This document shows, one piece after another, positions 54,851 through 64,000 of a stretch of DNA of 64,000 nt (position 1 is its first letter; every line of letters starts with the position of its first letter). Position numbers and translations under genes: made by a program. The DNA is from Candidatus Euphemobacter frigidus (lineage in GTDB: Bacteria > Auribacterota > Erginobacteria > Erginobacterales > Erginobacteraceae). A model generated the notes under the pieces. It searched no databases and was not told where the DNA came from. It worked only from the letters and a program-made list of their open reading frames with translations. The DNA is taken from contig JAVCDH010000111.1 of the NCBI GenBank assembly GCA_030765805.1, positions 5,424 to 69,423 of the forward strand, given 5' to 3'.

Positions 54851-55744
54851 TCATTCTTCTTCTTCCCGGAGGCCGGGCGGTTGTTGTACCGGTCGGAGAA
54901 GGTGGCCGTCAGGTAGAGATTGGAAGAGAGGCTGAAGAAGACCGATCGAACCGTCGAGGAAGTAATCATCAAAGCCCTTCAGTTTCGGCTTATAGGAAGC
55001 GCTATGCATAAGAGTCAGAATCGAGGTCAGGGCCAGTTCTCCGCTCTCAGCGATCCGGAGATAAGTTCCATGATCTTTTCTGTCCTTGTCGATGTCAGTG
55101 TTGTACTTGCTATCGATATAGGAAGCCCCCATTTCAAGATCCAGGAATGTGCCGTTTACCCGGAAGAGCTCATAACCGAAGCCGGGACCGTTCTCGAGCC
55201 GGCGTTCCAGGTCCTGTTTCCGGTCATATCCGATTTCGGACCGGAAATAACAATAAATATCCCGAAACCAGAATAGATCCGCCTGGAGCGACGCAGCGCC
55301 CCGGTTGGCGGTCCGTTCTTTAGCCCCCGAGTCTTTCTTCTTGGTGCCCCAGACATAAGACCCGTCCGCGGTGAGGCGGTATTCATCTTTCACGAACCGG
55401 ACGATGGTGGCCCGGGCGTTGACATCCCCCGTGTTCGAGTTCCCTTCCTGGAATTGATAACCGGCGGAGGCACTGAAGCTCCATTCCTGGGGGATAGGGG
55501 GATTAACCTCTTTGATCTTTCTGAAGTCCGGTTGACCAAGGGTTAATTTCGTGATCTTCTTCTCGGTTCCGTCATCCAGGATCAGGGGTACCGGCCGGTC
55601 GAAATCAATCCCCTGGACGGAACCGAGATTGATCTCAACTGTCCGGGCGTAATCCGTCGTTAAAAAGACCTTCCCCCCTCTCACCGAACAGGCCGTCCCG
55701 GTTATCTGATCGCCATTCTTTAAGTAAACCGTCTCCGCGGCCAC
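54851..55744 (-). CDS. DUF481-family outer-membrane beta-barrel protein (YdiY-like); true start probably upstream of first ATG
   Basis: Beta-rich, with a C-terminal aromatic-rich barrel-like region. The frame stays open for 34 codons upstream of the first ATG and encodes a signal peptide (KLQSKYCLIISVFCGLAAGSVAA). A strong SD ggaaggag lies at 55815-55822, so the annotated ATG at 55744 is probably not the real start. Confidence 0.55.
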   Translation of the reverse strand: MAAETVYLKNGDQITGTACSVRGGKVFLTTDYARTVEINLGSVQGIDFDRPVPLILDDGTEKKITKLTLGQPDFRKIKEVNPPIPQEWSFSASAGYQFQEGNSNTGDVNARATIVRFVKDEYRLTADGSYVWGTKKKDSGAKERTANRGAASLQADLFWFRDIYCYFRSEIGYDRKQDLERRLENGPGFGYELFRVNGTFLDLEMGASYIDSKYNTDIDKDRKDHGTYLRIAESGELALTSILTLMHSASYKPKLKGFDDYFLDGSIGLLQPLFQSLPDGHLLRPVQQPPGLREEEE

Positions 55745-55972
55745 CGAGCCGGCGGCCAGACCGCAGAAGACCGAGATGATCAGGCAGTATTTAGATTGTA
55801 ATTTTATAACGTTTCTCCTTCCCGGAAAGATCGTTAAGCCAGAATATTATACACCTTCACAACAATCAAGAGGATATTAACCTTGCTCGACTCTTCTTCC
55901 GGAGTAATCACCTTTACTTTTTTCAATTAACCAGGTACTGTTTATTTAAAACCTAAACAAGGAGGTAATATT

Positions 55973-56398
55973 ATGAATGACGAGAGAGCACAACCCACGA
56001 GCGACCCGGAAGCAATTACACCCGTACCGAAGCCGTCTCCTCCGGCGCCGGATTCCCGGGAAGTGGAGGAGGGAAAGGTCTTCGCCATCCTCTCCTACGC
56101 GTTAAGCATTATCGGGCTCCCTTTCTTTCTTATCCCCCTGATCATGCGCAACAATGAATTCTCCCTATATCACGCCAAACAGACACTCATAATCTGGCTG
56201 GCAGGTATCGCGGCGGGGATCGTCAGCGGAATCCTGTCCTTTATCTGTATCGGGATCGTTCTTGGTGTCGCCGCGGCAATATTTCTGTTGGTCCTTACCA
56301 TCATGGGTCTGATCAACGCCGCCCAGGGAGAAGAGAAACCGCTCCCGCTCATCGGGCAATGGGGAGAAGAGTGGTTCAAGGGGATAACGAAGGTATAG
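55973..56398 (+). CDS. DUF4870-family small membrane protein
   Basis: KVFAILSYALSIIGLPFFLIPLIMRNNEFSLYHAKQTLIIWLAGI matches the conserved DUF4870 core. SD aaggagg is 7 nt upstream. Confidence 0.6.
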   Translation: MNDERAQPTSDPEAITPVPKPSPPAPDSREVEEGKVFAILSYALSIIGLPFFLIPLIMRNNEFSLYHAKQTLIIWLAGIAAGIVSGILSFICIGIVLGVAAAIFLLVLTIMGLINAAQGEEKPLPLIGQWGEEWFKGITKV

Positions 56399-56427
56399 TT
56401 CTCGCTTGCTTCTCTCTCCTTGGGGCA

Positions 56428-56769
56428 ATGAAGCTCTGCTGGCACAGGTTGGGGCCGGGTGAGCAGGATTATGAAACCATCTTCGGGGTCTTATTCCTGA
56501 CCCTTCTGCTGATTGTTTCCTTCGTGGTCACCCGGATTCCGGAGGAGAAGCTCCCGGTCTGCCGATTCAGAGCAGCTACGGGTATCCCGTGCCCCGCCTG
56601 CGGCATTACGCGGGCCGTCAAGCTCTTCTGGGCCGGAGACTTGTGGGGAGCGACCACCACTCATCCGCCCGGGACTTTCCTGCTGGTAGTGGGGATCGTC
56701 TACCTGGTCTACTCCTGGGTGGTGGTGATATTCAAACTCCCCCGGATCCGGCTTGACCCGGCCAATTGA
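56428..56769 (+). CDS. DUF2752-family membrane protein
   Basis: Contains the hallmark CPACGITRA motif (CPxCGxTR) between TM helices. Start placed at MKLCWH. Confidence 0.5.
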   Translation: MKLCWHRLGPGEQDYETIFGVLFLTLLLIVSFVVTRIPEEKLPVCRFRAATGIPCPACGITRAVKLFWAGDLWGATTTHPPGTFLLVVGIVYLVYSWVVVIFKLPRIRLDPAN

Positions 56770-57752
56770 CCGCAGGCGGCTTTTATCTCCCGGCCGAAGC
56801 GGTATCTCCGGGTCACGGAGATGCCCCTGCTCTCCAGGATACGCTGGAACTCCCTGATCCGCTCCGGGGGTGAAGGCAAGTACTTCCCGGTGGGATTATA
56901 ATAGATAAGGTTGACGAAGAAGAGCCAACCAAGAGATCTCCGAAGAAGCACCGCTAATCGCTCGGCCGCCGCGGGAGAATCATTGAGATCCCGGAGCAGG
57001 AGATACTCGATCATCACCCGGCGGCGGGTCAGCCGGATGTACTCCGCGACCGCGTCCAATATCTTCTCGATCGGATACTGTCTATTAACCGGCATCAAGC
57101 GGGACCGCAGCCGGTCGTCGGGGGCGTGGAGGGAGATGGAGAGGTTCAACTGCAATGGCTCCCTTGACAGCTTACGGATGCCTTCAATAATCCCGACCGT
57201 GGAGATGGAGATCCGCCTCGCGCCGATCTTCAGGCCGTCCCGGTTGTTCATCAGTCGGATTGCTTTCATTACCGCTTCATAGTTAAGAAACGGCTCGCCC
57301 ATCCCCATGAAGACCACGTTCTTCACCCGCTCCCCTTCCGTCTTCAACCGCCGCGCGAAGAGCAGGACCTGGCCAACGATCTCTCCCGCCGTCAGGTCCC
57401 GCATAAACCCCCTCGCCCCGGTCAGGCAGAAATCGCAGGCCAGGGAACAGCCGGCCTGGGAGGAGACACAGACCGTGTTCCGCCCATCCTGATGGCGCAT
57501 CAGGACGGTTTCAATGGCTACACCATCATCAAGTTGGATAACGGCTTTTACCGTCTTCCCATTGCCGGATTCATGCATCTCCGCGTCGATCTGAAGCGGG
57601 CATTCCCGCGCCAGTATCGCGCGGAAGGCCTTCGGCAGGTTGGTCGCCTCTTCCCAGGACGAGAATAAATTATCAAAGACAACCGAGTAAGCCTGCCGGG
57701 ACCGGTAAGGCGGATATTGTTCAAGAATATTATTCAATCTCCCAAGATTCAT
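56709..57752 (-). CDS. rlmN: 23S rRNA (A2503-C2)/tRNA (A37-C2) methyltransferase, radical SAM
   Basis: Radical-SAM motif CSLACDFCLTG. Conserved GMGEPFLNYE and SISLHAPDD. 347 aa. Confidence 0.9.
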   Translation of the reverse strand: MNLGRLNNILEQYPPYRSRQAYSVVFDNLFSSWEEATNLPKAFRAILARECPLQIDAEMHESGNGKTVKAVIQLDDGVAIETVLMRHQDGRNTVCVSSQAGCSLACDFCLTGARGFMRDLTAGEIVGQVLLFARRLKTEGERVKNVVFMGMGEPFLNYEAVMKAIRLMNNRDGLKIGARRISISTVGIIEGIRKLSREPLQLNLSISLHAPDDRLRSRLMPVNRQYPIEKILDAVAEYIRLTRRRVMIEYLLLRDLNDSPAAAERLAVLLRRSLGWLFFVNLIYYNPTGKYLPSPPERIREFQRILESRGISVTRRYRFGREIKAACGQLAGSSRIRGSLNITTTQE

Positions 57753-57800
57753 CGCGCCCCTTCTTTGGAATAAGTAAGCGGTAAGTGATTGCTGACTGGG

Positions 57801-57876
57801 GACTGGTGATTGGTTACTGGTTACTGATTACTGATTACTGATTACCGATTACCGATTACCGATTACCGATTACCTT
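57801..57876. repeat. tandem heptamer array (TTACTGA/TTACCGA, about 11 copies) between rlmN and arfB
   Basis: gactggtgattggttactggttactgattactgattactgattaccgattaccgattaccgattaccgattacc is read directly from the sequence. Confidence 0.9.
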
Positions 57877-57890
57877 CTATTCACCATCCA

Positions 57891-58316
57891 TCACTCCTCC
57901 TCCGGCAATACCGGCCGTCTCAAACGCTTGGCGCGGCTCCGGAGGCGCTTGGACTCCAGCCGTTGTTCCCGGGACGCCCGGGTCGGCCGGGTCTTTCGAC
58001 GCGGCCGGGGAGGTCGGGCCGCCCGGCGAAGAAGAGCGACCAACCGTTCCCTCGCGTCCCGGCGGTTACCAGCCTGGGTCCGAAATCTCCCGGCGTCAAT
58101 GATCAGTATTCCGTCCGCGTTGATTCGCCGGCCGGCCAGCCGGGTCAAACGTTCCCGAAGATCATCGGGCAGTGAAGGGGAGTTCCTGGCATCGAAGCGG
58201 AGCTGGACGGCCGTCGCTACCTTATTGACATTCTGACCGCCCGGACCGGAACTTCGGATGAACTCCTCTTTAATCTCGTTCTCCGGAATTGCTATGGCCG
58301 GGGTAATATATATCAT
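57891..58316 (-). CDS. arfB: alternative ribosome-rescue factor ArfB (peptidyl-tRNA hydrolase, GGQ-domain)
   Basis: SGPGGQNVNKVATAV GGQ motif plus a basic C-terminal tail (RPPRPRRKTRPTRASREQRLESKR), collinear with E. coli ArfB/YaeJ. 141 aa. Confidence 0.9.
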   Translation of the reverse strand: MIYITPAIAIPENEIKEEFIRSSGPGGQNVNKVATAVQLRFDARNSPSLPDDLRERLTRLAGRRINADGILIIDAGRFRTQAGNRRDARERLVALLRRAARPPRPRRKTRPTRASREQRLESKRLRSRAKRLRRPVLPEEE

Positions 58317-58319
58317 TTT

Positions 58320-59177
<858 letters not shown>

Positions 59178-60230
59178 CTAAGCAACCGTTATCTCCGGGG
59201 ACAGATAGACGTCCTGAATCGCGTTCAGGATCTCGATCCCTTCCTCCATCGGCTTCTGAAAAGCCTTTCTTCCGGAGATCAGGCCCATCCCGCCGGCGCG
59301 TTTGTTGATCACGGCGGTTGTGACCGCTTGCTTAAGGTCGTTCTCTCCCGAGGCGCCGCCGGAATTAATCAGGCCGGACCGGCCCAGGTAACAGTTCGCG
59401 ACCTGGTAACGGGTCAGGTCGATCGGATGGTCTGAGGACAAGTTCTCATACATCAGGGGATGGGTTTTGGAAAAACCGATCTCGAGGAAACCCCGGTTGG
59501 TGGTGGGCAGTTTCTGCTTGATGATGTCCGCTTCGATGGTTACCCCCAGGTGATTGGCCTGACCGGTCATGTCGGCGGAAGTATGATAATCAACGCCTTC
59601 TTTCTTAAAGCCATCGTTCCGCAGATAACACCAGAGAACGGCAAATAAACCCAGGCTGTGGGCATACTCAAATGCCTCCGAGATCTCCTCGATCTGGCGC
59701 CTTGATTCAGGAGAGCCGAAATAGATGGTGGCCCCAACCCCCATCGCCCCCATTTCGAAAGCCTGGTCGACCGAGGCGAAGATTCGCTGATCATAGGTGT
59801 TGGGATAAGATAAAAGCTCATTATGATTTATCTTCAGAATAAACGGGATCCGGGGGGCGTACTTTCTCGCTACCGAGCCCAGAACTCCCAGGGAGGATGC
59901 AACCGCGTTGCATCCCCCCTTGATAGCCAGTTTGACGATATTCTCCGGGTCGAAGTAAATCGGATTGGGGGCGAAGGACGCTCCCGCGGTATGCTCGATC
60001 CCCTGGTCAACCGGCAGGATCGAGAGATAGCCGGTCCCGGCCAGACGGCCATGATCGAAGACCGCCTGGAGGTTCCTGAGAACCGGAGCGGGACGATCGG
60101 TCTGGATACAAACCCGTTCGATGAAATCCGGGCCGGGCAGATGAAGCATATCTTTCGGGATGGTAGTACATTCGTGGGTAAGGAGGCCTTCCGCCTCGGC
60201 ACCCAATATTTTCCGGATCTTTTCAATCAT
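59178..60230 (-). CDS. fbaB: class I fructose-bisphosphate aldolase (FbaB/DhnA type)
   Basis: Near-collinear with E. coli FbaB: LRN.Q...[56 protein letters not shown]. Start at MIEKIRKIL with SD ggaga. Confidence 0.9.
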   Translation of the reverse strand: MIEKIRKILGAEAEGLLTHECTTIPKDMLHLPGPDFIERVCIQTDRPAPVLRNLQAVFDHGRLAGTGYLSILPVDQGIEHTAGASFAPNPIYFDPENIVKLAIKGGCNAVASSLGVLGSVARKYAPRIPFILKINHNELLSYPNTYDQRIFASVDQAFEMGAMGVGATIYFGSPESRRQIEEISEAFEYAHSLGLFAVLWCYLRNDGFKKEGVDYHTSADMTGQANHLGVTIEADIIKQKLPTTNRGFLEIGFSKTHPLMYENLSSDHPIDLTRYQVANCYLGRSGLINSGGASGENDLKQAVTTAVINKRAGGMGLISGRKAFQKPMEEGIEILNAIQDVYLSPEITVA

Positions 60231-60264
60231 GATATTCTCCTCAATGAAAAATATTTTTAATTTG

Positions 60265-60398
60265 AACCGCAAAGGCGCAGAGGACGCAAAGAAAAAATAT
60301 ATTTAATGCCGGACAGAGACGTAAAATATACCCGGATTACCGCTAAATTATCTTCAACAATTCTCTGCGTTCTCCGCGTTCTCTGCGTCTTTGCGGTT
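60265..60398. repeat. long-range inverted repeat built from tandem 9-mers (AACCGCAAAGGCGCAGAGGACGCAAAG / CTCTGCGTTCTCCGCGTTCTCTGCGTCTTTGCGGTT) flanking an AT-rich 80-nt core, upstream of fbaB
   Basis: The arms (60265-60291 and 60363-60398) are about 24 of 27 complementary. Each arm is itself a tandem of TTCTCTGCG-like 9-mers. Confidence 0.8.
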
Positions 60399-60422
60399 AT
60401 TAAAAAACAACAGCGCTGCTGT

Positions 60423-60857
60423 TCAGCTTCCGCACCACCTGGACCCGAAGATCGCGGCCAGCAGGATGAAGACCCCCACCAGCAACCCGATGAAGCTGAG
60501 AACCCGGACGATAAATTCTCCCCGGTCGACCAGCAGTCCCTTTAACACCCGAGGGAACCATTCGGGATGAAAAACAAAGGCGCCGGAGAGTAAGAGGAGC
60601 AGCCCGATCAGGAGACCTAAGACCAGAAAGACCGGCACCTGACTGAAGATAATGGCCAGGGCGGAGTAGAGAATCCATATCCCGACCAGCCCGAGAATTA
60701 CATAAAAAGTCCGGATCCAGCCCTTCCCGAGCCGGGCGAGTTTGGCCCCGATATCTTTTGCCGGGCCCGGTTTGATAACCCCGTAAAGTTTGGTGACGAT
60801 AATAAGTCCTCCCAAAATACCAACCACAATCCTTAAAGTTTCCTGCGTCATTCCCAT
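60423..60857 (-). CDS. small hydrophobic membrane protein (3-4 TM), function unknown
   Basis: 144 aa, highly hydrophobic, with no recognisable motif. Confidence 0.4.
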   Translation of the reverse strand: MGMTQETLRIVVGILGGLIIVTKLYGVIKPGPAKDIGAKLARLGKGWIRTFYVILGLVGIWILYSALAIIFSQVPVFLVLGLLIGLLLLLSGAFVFHPEWFPRVLKGLLVDRGEFIVRVLSFIGLLVGVFILLAAIFGSRWCGS

Positions 60858-60876
60858 GCTGACCTCCTTTTGGCCA

Positions 60877-60925
60877 AGTTCACTTTAGTCACTTTAGCTC
60901 ACTTTAATCACTTTAGTTCACTTCA
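60877..60925. repeat. tandem 9-mer array (TCACTTTAG-type, 5 copies; opposite orientation to the 38315 array)
   Basis: agttcactttagtcactttagctcactttaatcactttagttcacttc is read directly from the sequence. Confidence 0.9.
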
Positions 60926-60929
60926 TCTT

Positions 60930-62261
60930 CTACTTCCCTTTCCCAATCCCCCGATAGATAAAGCCGGCGGCCTCGACCTGCTCTTTAGCAAGTACATTGC
61001 GGCCATCGATCAAGATGGGGGTTCTCATCAATGATTTCACCTTTTTCAGATCAAGGCTGAAATAGGGCTTGTGCTTGGTTACGATCACGGCGCAGTCGGC
61101 GCCTTTCAATGCTTCATCCAGGTCACGGGTAAGTTCGGCTTCCGGAAATTCCCGGACATGGGGATCATGGGCGATGATCTCGGCGCCGCGTGATTTTAAT
61201 TCATAGATCAAGCTATAGGCGGGCGTATTGCGGGTATCGTCGGAATCCTCGAGATAGGCCACCCCCAGGATCGCGACCCGGGCGGATACCAGTTCCCGCC
61301 CTTCCTCCTTGAGCGCGCTCTGAATCAGCTCCACCAAGTGGAGCGGCATCAGGTCATTGATCTTACGGGCCAGGCAGACAAATTCGGTCTCCATGGTGGG
61401 AGCCCAGTACTTCCTCAAGCCATAGCGAAGCAGCCAGGTGTCCTTGGGCAGACAGTGCCCTCCCACCCCGGCCCCGGGGAGATGCATGTTCCTTTCCGAA
61501 CGGGAGTTAATCAACCGCTGGATCTCGTATATATCCACCCCCAGTTTCTCGGCGATCATGGCCATCTCATTGGCGAAAGCGATATTCACGTCCCGGTAAG
61601 CATTCTCCATCGTCTTGGAAGTCTCAGCGGTTAAAACATCGGTCGAGTAGATCTTCTTCTTTACTATCTTGCTGTACATCTTCACCGCCCGCTCTTCACT
61701 CCGCTTGTCGATCCCCCCGACGATTCTCGGAAGATTGACTATATACTCGATCAGCTTGCCCGGCATTACCCGTTCGTACGAATAGGCAAGGGAAAAGTCC
61801 CGGCCGGCTTTCAAACCCGACTCGCTCTCCAGGATCGGCTGTACAATATGCCGGGTAGTGCCGGGGGCGACCGTCGACTCGGTAATAACCAGGACACCTT
61901 TCTTCATATACTTCCCGACCCGGGCGGATACCTCCTTCAAGGATTCATACCTGGGCTGGTGGTCGTGCCCCTCGGTCGGAGTTTGAACATCGAGCAGGAT
62001 AATGTCCATCTCCTTAAGGACAGAGTAATCATCCGTAACCCGGAAAGTCCCCTTCTCAACCACCCGGGCGATCAGTTCATCCAGGCCCGGTTCATTCCCT
62101 TCAAACGGGCAGCGCCCGGAGTTCAAGACCTCGATCTTCCAGCCGGAGCGTTTTGACCGGCGCTGAAGTCCGGTCACCTCGAAATCCGCCACATCGGCAA
62201 GCAACGCCGCCGCGGGAATCCCTACGTATCCCATCCCGATAACTGCGATCTTCGTATTCAT
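60930..62261 (-). CDS. UDP-sugar/nucleotide-sugar 6-dehydrogenase (UDP-ManNAcA/UDP-GlcNAcA-forming WecC/WbpA-like)
   Basis: N-terminal Rossmann motif KIAVIGMGYVGIPAAALLA. Catalytic Cys region GAGVGGHCLPKD. C-terminal UDP-binding domain. Has an atypical insertion of about 45 aa after the first Rossmann strand. Confidence 0.85.
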   Translation of the reverse strand: MNTKIAVIGMGYVGIPAAALLADVADFEVTGLQRRSKRSGWKIEVLNSGRCPFEGNEPGLDELIARVVEKGTFRVTDDYSVLKEMDIILLDVQTPTEGHDHQPRYESLKEVSARVGKYMKKGVLVITESTVAPGTTRHIVQPILESESGLKAGRDFSLAYSYERVMPGKLIEYIVNLPRIVGGIDKRSEERAVKMYSKIVKKKIYSTDVLTAETSKTMENAYRDVNIAFANEMAMIAEKLGVDIYEIQRLINSRSERNMHLPGAGVGGHCLPKDTWLLRYGLRKYWAPTMETEFVCLARKINDLMPLHLVELIQSALKEEGRELVSARVAILGVAYLEDSDDTRNTPAYSLIYELKSRGAEIIAHDPHVREFPEAELTRDLDEALKGADCAVIVTKHKPYFSLDLKKVKSLMRTPILIDGRNVLAKEQVEAAGFIYRGIGKGK

Positions 62262-63043
62262 CCTTCCTCTTTCTCACGGTACTGCGCCAGAAGATCGGGA
62301 TTGGCAATAAGATCCGTGGCGCTCCAGGCATCCAGACAGTGCCGGTCCATATACTCATAGGAAAGATACCCGAAGCCATGGTCCCCCCATCCGGTACCCC
62401 AGGAATTCTTGAACTTGAAATAGTTGCCGGAACGGCTGTACCCCATGATACAGATGGCATGGCCGCCCAGGGAAGACTCATCCTTCGGGGGCAGTGGGAT
62501 CTTTCCTCCGTGATCTTCGAACCAGTCGGAGAAGACATTCACCCCGGCCAGAAACGGACCGTTGATAGAGAGGCTCCGCTCCATCTCCACTATTTCATTC
62601 AGGCGGGCGTAAGTCCGGATCTTAAACGGGAGCGCTTCTTCATCCGCGGTCGGACAGGAATGATCGGTCTGATACGGCTGATAGGGCCAACATTCTTCCG
62701 GACAGACCCCATTCTGAGCCAGGGCCTTCATCGCTATCCGAGGGAAGGTCCCTTCCTGGCCCGGGACGCCATCCATCCGCTTGCAGAGATGGTAGAGATA
62801 ACGGGGGGAGAGCTCAATCAACCGTCGGCGCTCTGCCTGCTCCTGGTATTCCTTTATCCCCACTACCGAGGCGAAGGCCACACAGGTGCCTTCCTCACCC
62901 TGGTTCCGGACCGGACTCATCAGCCCGGTATAATCAACCCGGGGAGGGGCGGTAATTCTGGGGAGCACCAATTGCATCGGCACATCCCGGTTGTCCGCCG
63001 GATCTTTTAAACAACCTAATCCATATCGCGGTCTTTCAGGCAT
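62258..63043 (-). CDS. papain-like cysteine peptidase (C1 family) without signal peptide or propeptide
   Basis: Catalytic triad context NQGEEGTCVAFAS (Cys), LGGHAICIMGYS (His), KFKNSWGTGWGDHGFGYLSY (Asn/Trp). 261 aa with no signal peptide. The stop overlaps the dehydrogenase start by 4 bp. Confidence 0.8.
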   Translation of the reverse strand: MPERPRYGLGCLKDPADNRDVPMQLVLPRITAPPRVDYTGLMSPVRNQGEEGTCVAFASVVGIKEYQEQAERRRLIELSPRYLYHLCKRMDGVPGQEGTFPRIAMKALAQNGVCPEECWPYQPYQTDHSCPTADEEALPFKIRTYARLNEIVEMERSLSINGPFLAGVNVFSDWFEDHGGKIPLPPKDESSLGGHAICIMGYSRSGNYFKFKNSWGTGWGDHGFGYLSYEYMDRHCLDAWSATDLIANPDLLAQYREKEEG

Positions 63044-63087
63044 CTTGTCTCCTTTGTCTCCCGTTGCTCAGATCATTGTGAGTATTA

Positions 63088-63303
63088 CGTAACTACTCAG
63101 GTTGTCAGGTTCAACGTTCACGGTTCACGGTTTATTACCTTGCGCGCTTCATATGTCTTGAGATAGTTGATGAATCGTAACTACTCGGGTTGTCAGGTTC
63201 AACGTTCACGGTTCACGGTTTGTTGCCTTGCGCGCTTCAATATCTTCAAACCGTTTAATCTTCATCACTCTCTAACCGTGAACCCCTAAACCTGAGTAGT
63301 TAC
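63088..63303. repeat. two 64-bp direct repeats (63088-63151 and 63176-63239, about 95 percent identical) plus a partial inverted copy (63274-63303) in the leader of the C1-peptidase/dehydrogenase operon
   Basis: The unit cgtaactactcaggttgtcaggttcaacgttcacggttcacggtttattaccttgcgcgcttca occurs twice in tandem with an 88-bp period. aaccgtgaacccctaaacctgagtagttac is the reverse complement of part of the unit. Confidence 0.9.
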
Positions 63304-63340
63304 AGTATTACTATATAAAAAATCGCGGCCTCGATCAAGC

Positions 63341-64000
63341 TTACTCTAAAACGACTTGAAATATTTTCAAGGCTATAGTTCCATCCGGAGCCTGATCGTC
63401 CAGCCGACCCGGAAGATGATCACCGCTGCGCTCAAATAGTACCGCGTGGTAGAAGATATTTCCTCCCGGAAGAAGGTCGGGCCGGCGGTCCGGGCCCGGG
63501 TTCTGATCGGTGAGGAGATAGACCACCGGGTCTTCCCCGACACCTTGTGCCCGGTCCCGCTTCATTCGCCGTATGATATTCTTGAGAATCGGCCACCGGT
63601 TCGGTTTGTTGCCGTAGACCGGCAGAACAGTCAGGCCATAGGTCAATTCCAGGGGAGTGGGCAGTTTGTCAACCGCTCTCCCCTCCACTATGACTAGATC
63701 GGCCCCCCGAACCCGACCGGCCACTTTATCCATGAACTCGGCCGCCCCCCGGTATTCCCGGTGCGCGAAGACGACCCGGCCGGCCGAGATCTCACAGAAT
63801 ATGAGAAGGAGAAAGATCACAACCGCAGCCTCCCGGGAGAACCGCGGGCGACTGCGTCCCAGGCGAACAATCGTCCAGGCCGCGCAGATCAGGAAACCCG
63901 GAATGGTCACGACCGCGAAACGGCGCGCGGCCCACATATAGTAAGGGTGGATCAACTGGCGCCAGAGGAAGATCCCGGCAAAGATAAGCGTTATCAGCAG
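63341..64000 (-). CDS. C-terminal part of a membrane protein (possibly GT-C/ArnT-like); N-terminus lies beyond the window
   Basis: The ORF is open to the window end. Hydrophobic segments are followed by a soluble C-terminal domain. No motif was recognised. Confidence 0.35.
   Translation of the reverse strand: MLITLIFAGIFLWRQLIHPYYMWAARRFAVVTIPGFLICAAWTIVRLGRSRPRFSREAAVVIFLLLIFCEISAGRVVFAHREYRGAAEFMDKVAGRVRGADLVIVEGRAVDKLPTPLELTYGLTVLPVYGNKPNRWPILKNIIRRMKRDRAQGVGEDPVVYLLTDQNPGPDRRPDLLPGGNIFYHAVLFERSGDHLPGRLDDQAPDGTIALKIFQVVLE

Overview
High-GC (~58%) chromosomal segment from a diderm (Gram-negative-type) bacterium, densely coding on both strands. About 50 protein-coding genes are supportable; no rRNA, tRNA or CRISPR array could be recognised by eye. 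All calls rest on motif recognition from translation; no searches were run.

Main content, in order:
- 1-2.6 kb: 3' end of a trp operon (trpF partial, trpB, trpA).
- 2.6-7 kb: two large secreted proteins, one a parallel beta-helix protein and one with several CarboxypepD_reg-like domains plus a C-terminal PDZ domain.
- 7-10.7 kb: DUF362/ferredoxin protein, YihY/BrkB membrane protein, D-2-hydroxyacid dehydrogenase.
- 11-19.8 kb: two large secreted glycoside hydrolases, one a truncated GH5 fused to GH18 and one GH38-like. Both end in the same C-terminal tail of FG-GAP-like repeats that finishes with the identical heptapeptide GDIPVTR. A TonB-dependent receptor and a macro-domain protein lie between them.
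- 19.8-20.3 kb: small degenerate IS200/RayT-like remnant flanked by REP-like hairpins.
- 20.3-22.2 kb: GTP-dependent PEP carboxykinase (pckG).
- 22.3-44.7 kb: one colinear minus-strand cluster. In transcription order it encodes an ECF sigma factor, a zinc-finger anti-sigma factor and a complete type II secretion system (gspC-D-E-F-G-H-I-J-K-L-M). Next comes a 1756-aa secreted protein (lamin-tail domain, two beta-propeller blocks, Pro/Thr linkers, polysaccharide-lyase-like C-terminus), followed by a GT9 heptosyltransferase-like gene, a Ppm1/DPM1-like GT2 and a UDPGP-family sugar-nucleotide pyrophosphorylase. This is the best candidate in the window for an undescribed functional unit.
- 45-64 kb: M10 metzincin with FG-GAP-like tail, FMN-binding/cyclophilin fusion, GT-C-like membrane protein, PAC2-family protein, TPR protein, uridine-kinase-like NTPase, Gfo/Idh/MocA oxidoreductase, nitroreductase, DUF481 outer-membrane protein, DUF4870 and DUF2752 membrane proteins, rlmN, arfB, map, fbaB, a UDP-sugar dehydrogenase overlapping a cytosolic papain-like (C1) peptidase, and a partial membrane protein running off the window.

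A recurrent, unusual feature is a set of tandem 6-9-bp repeat arrays confined to intergenic spacers, several of them inside the T2SS operon. The GTGAAC/GTTCAC-type core of these arrays occurs in both orientations relative to transcription.
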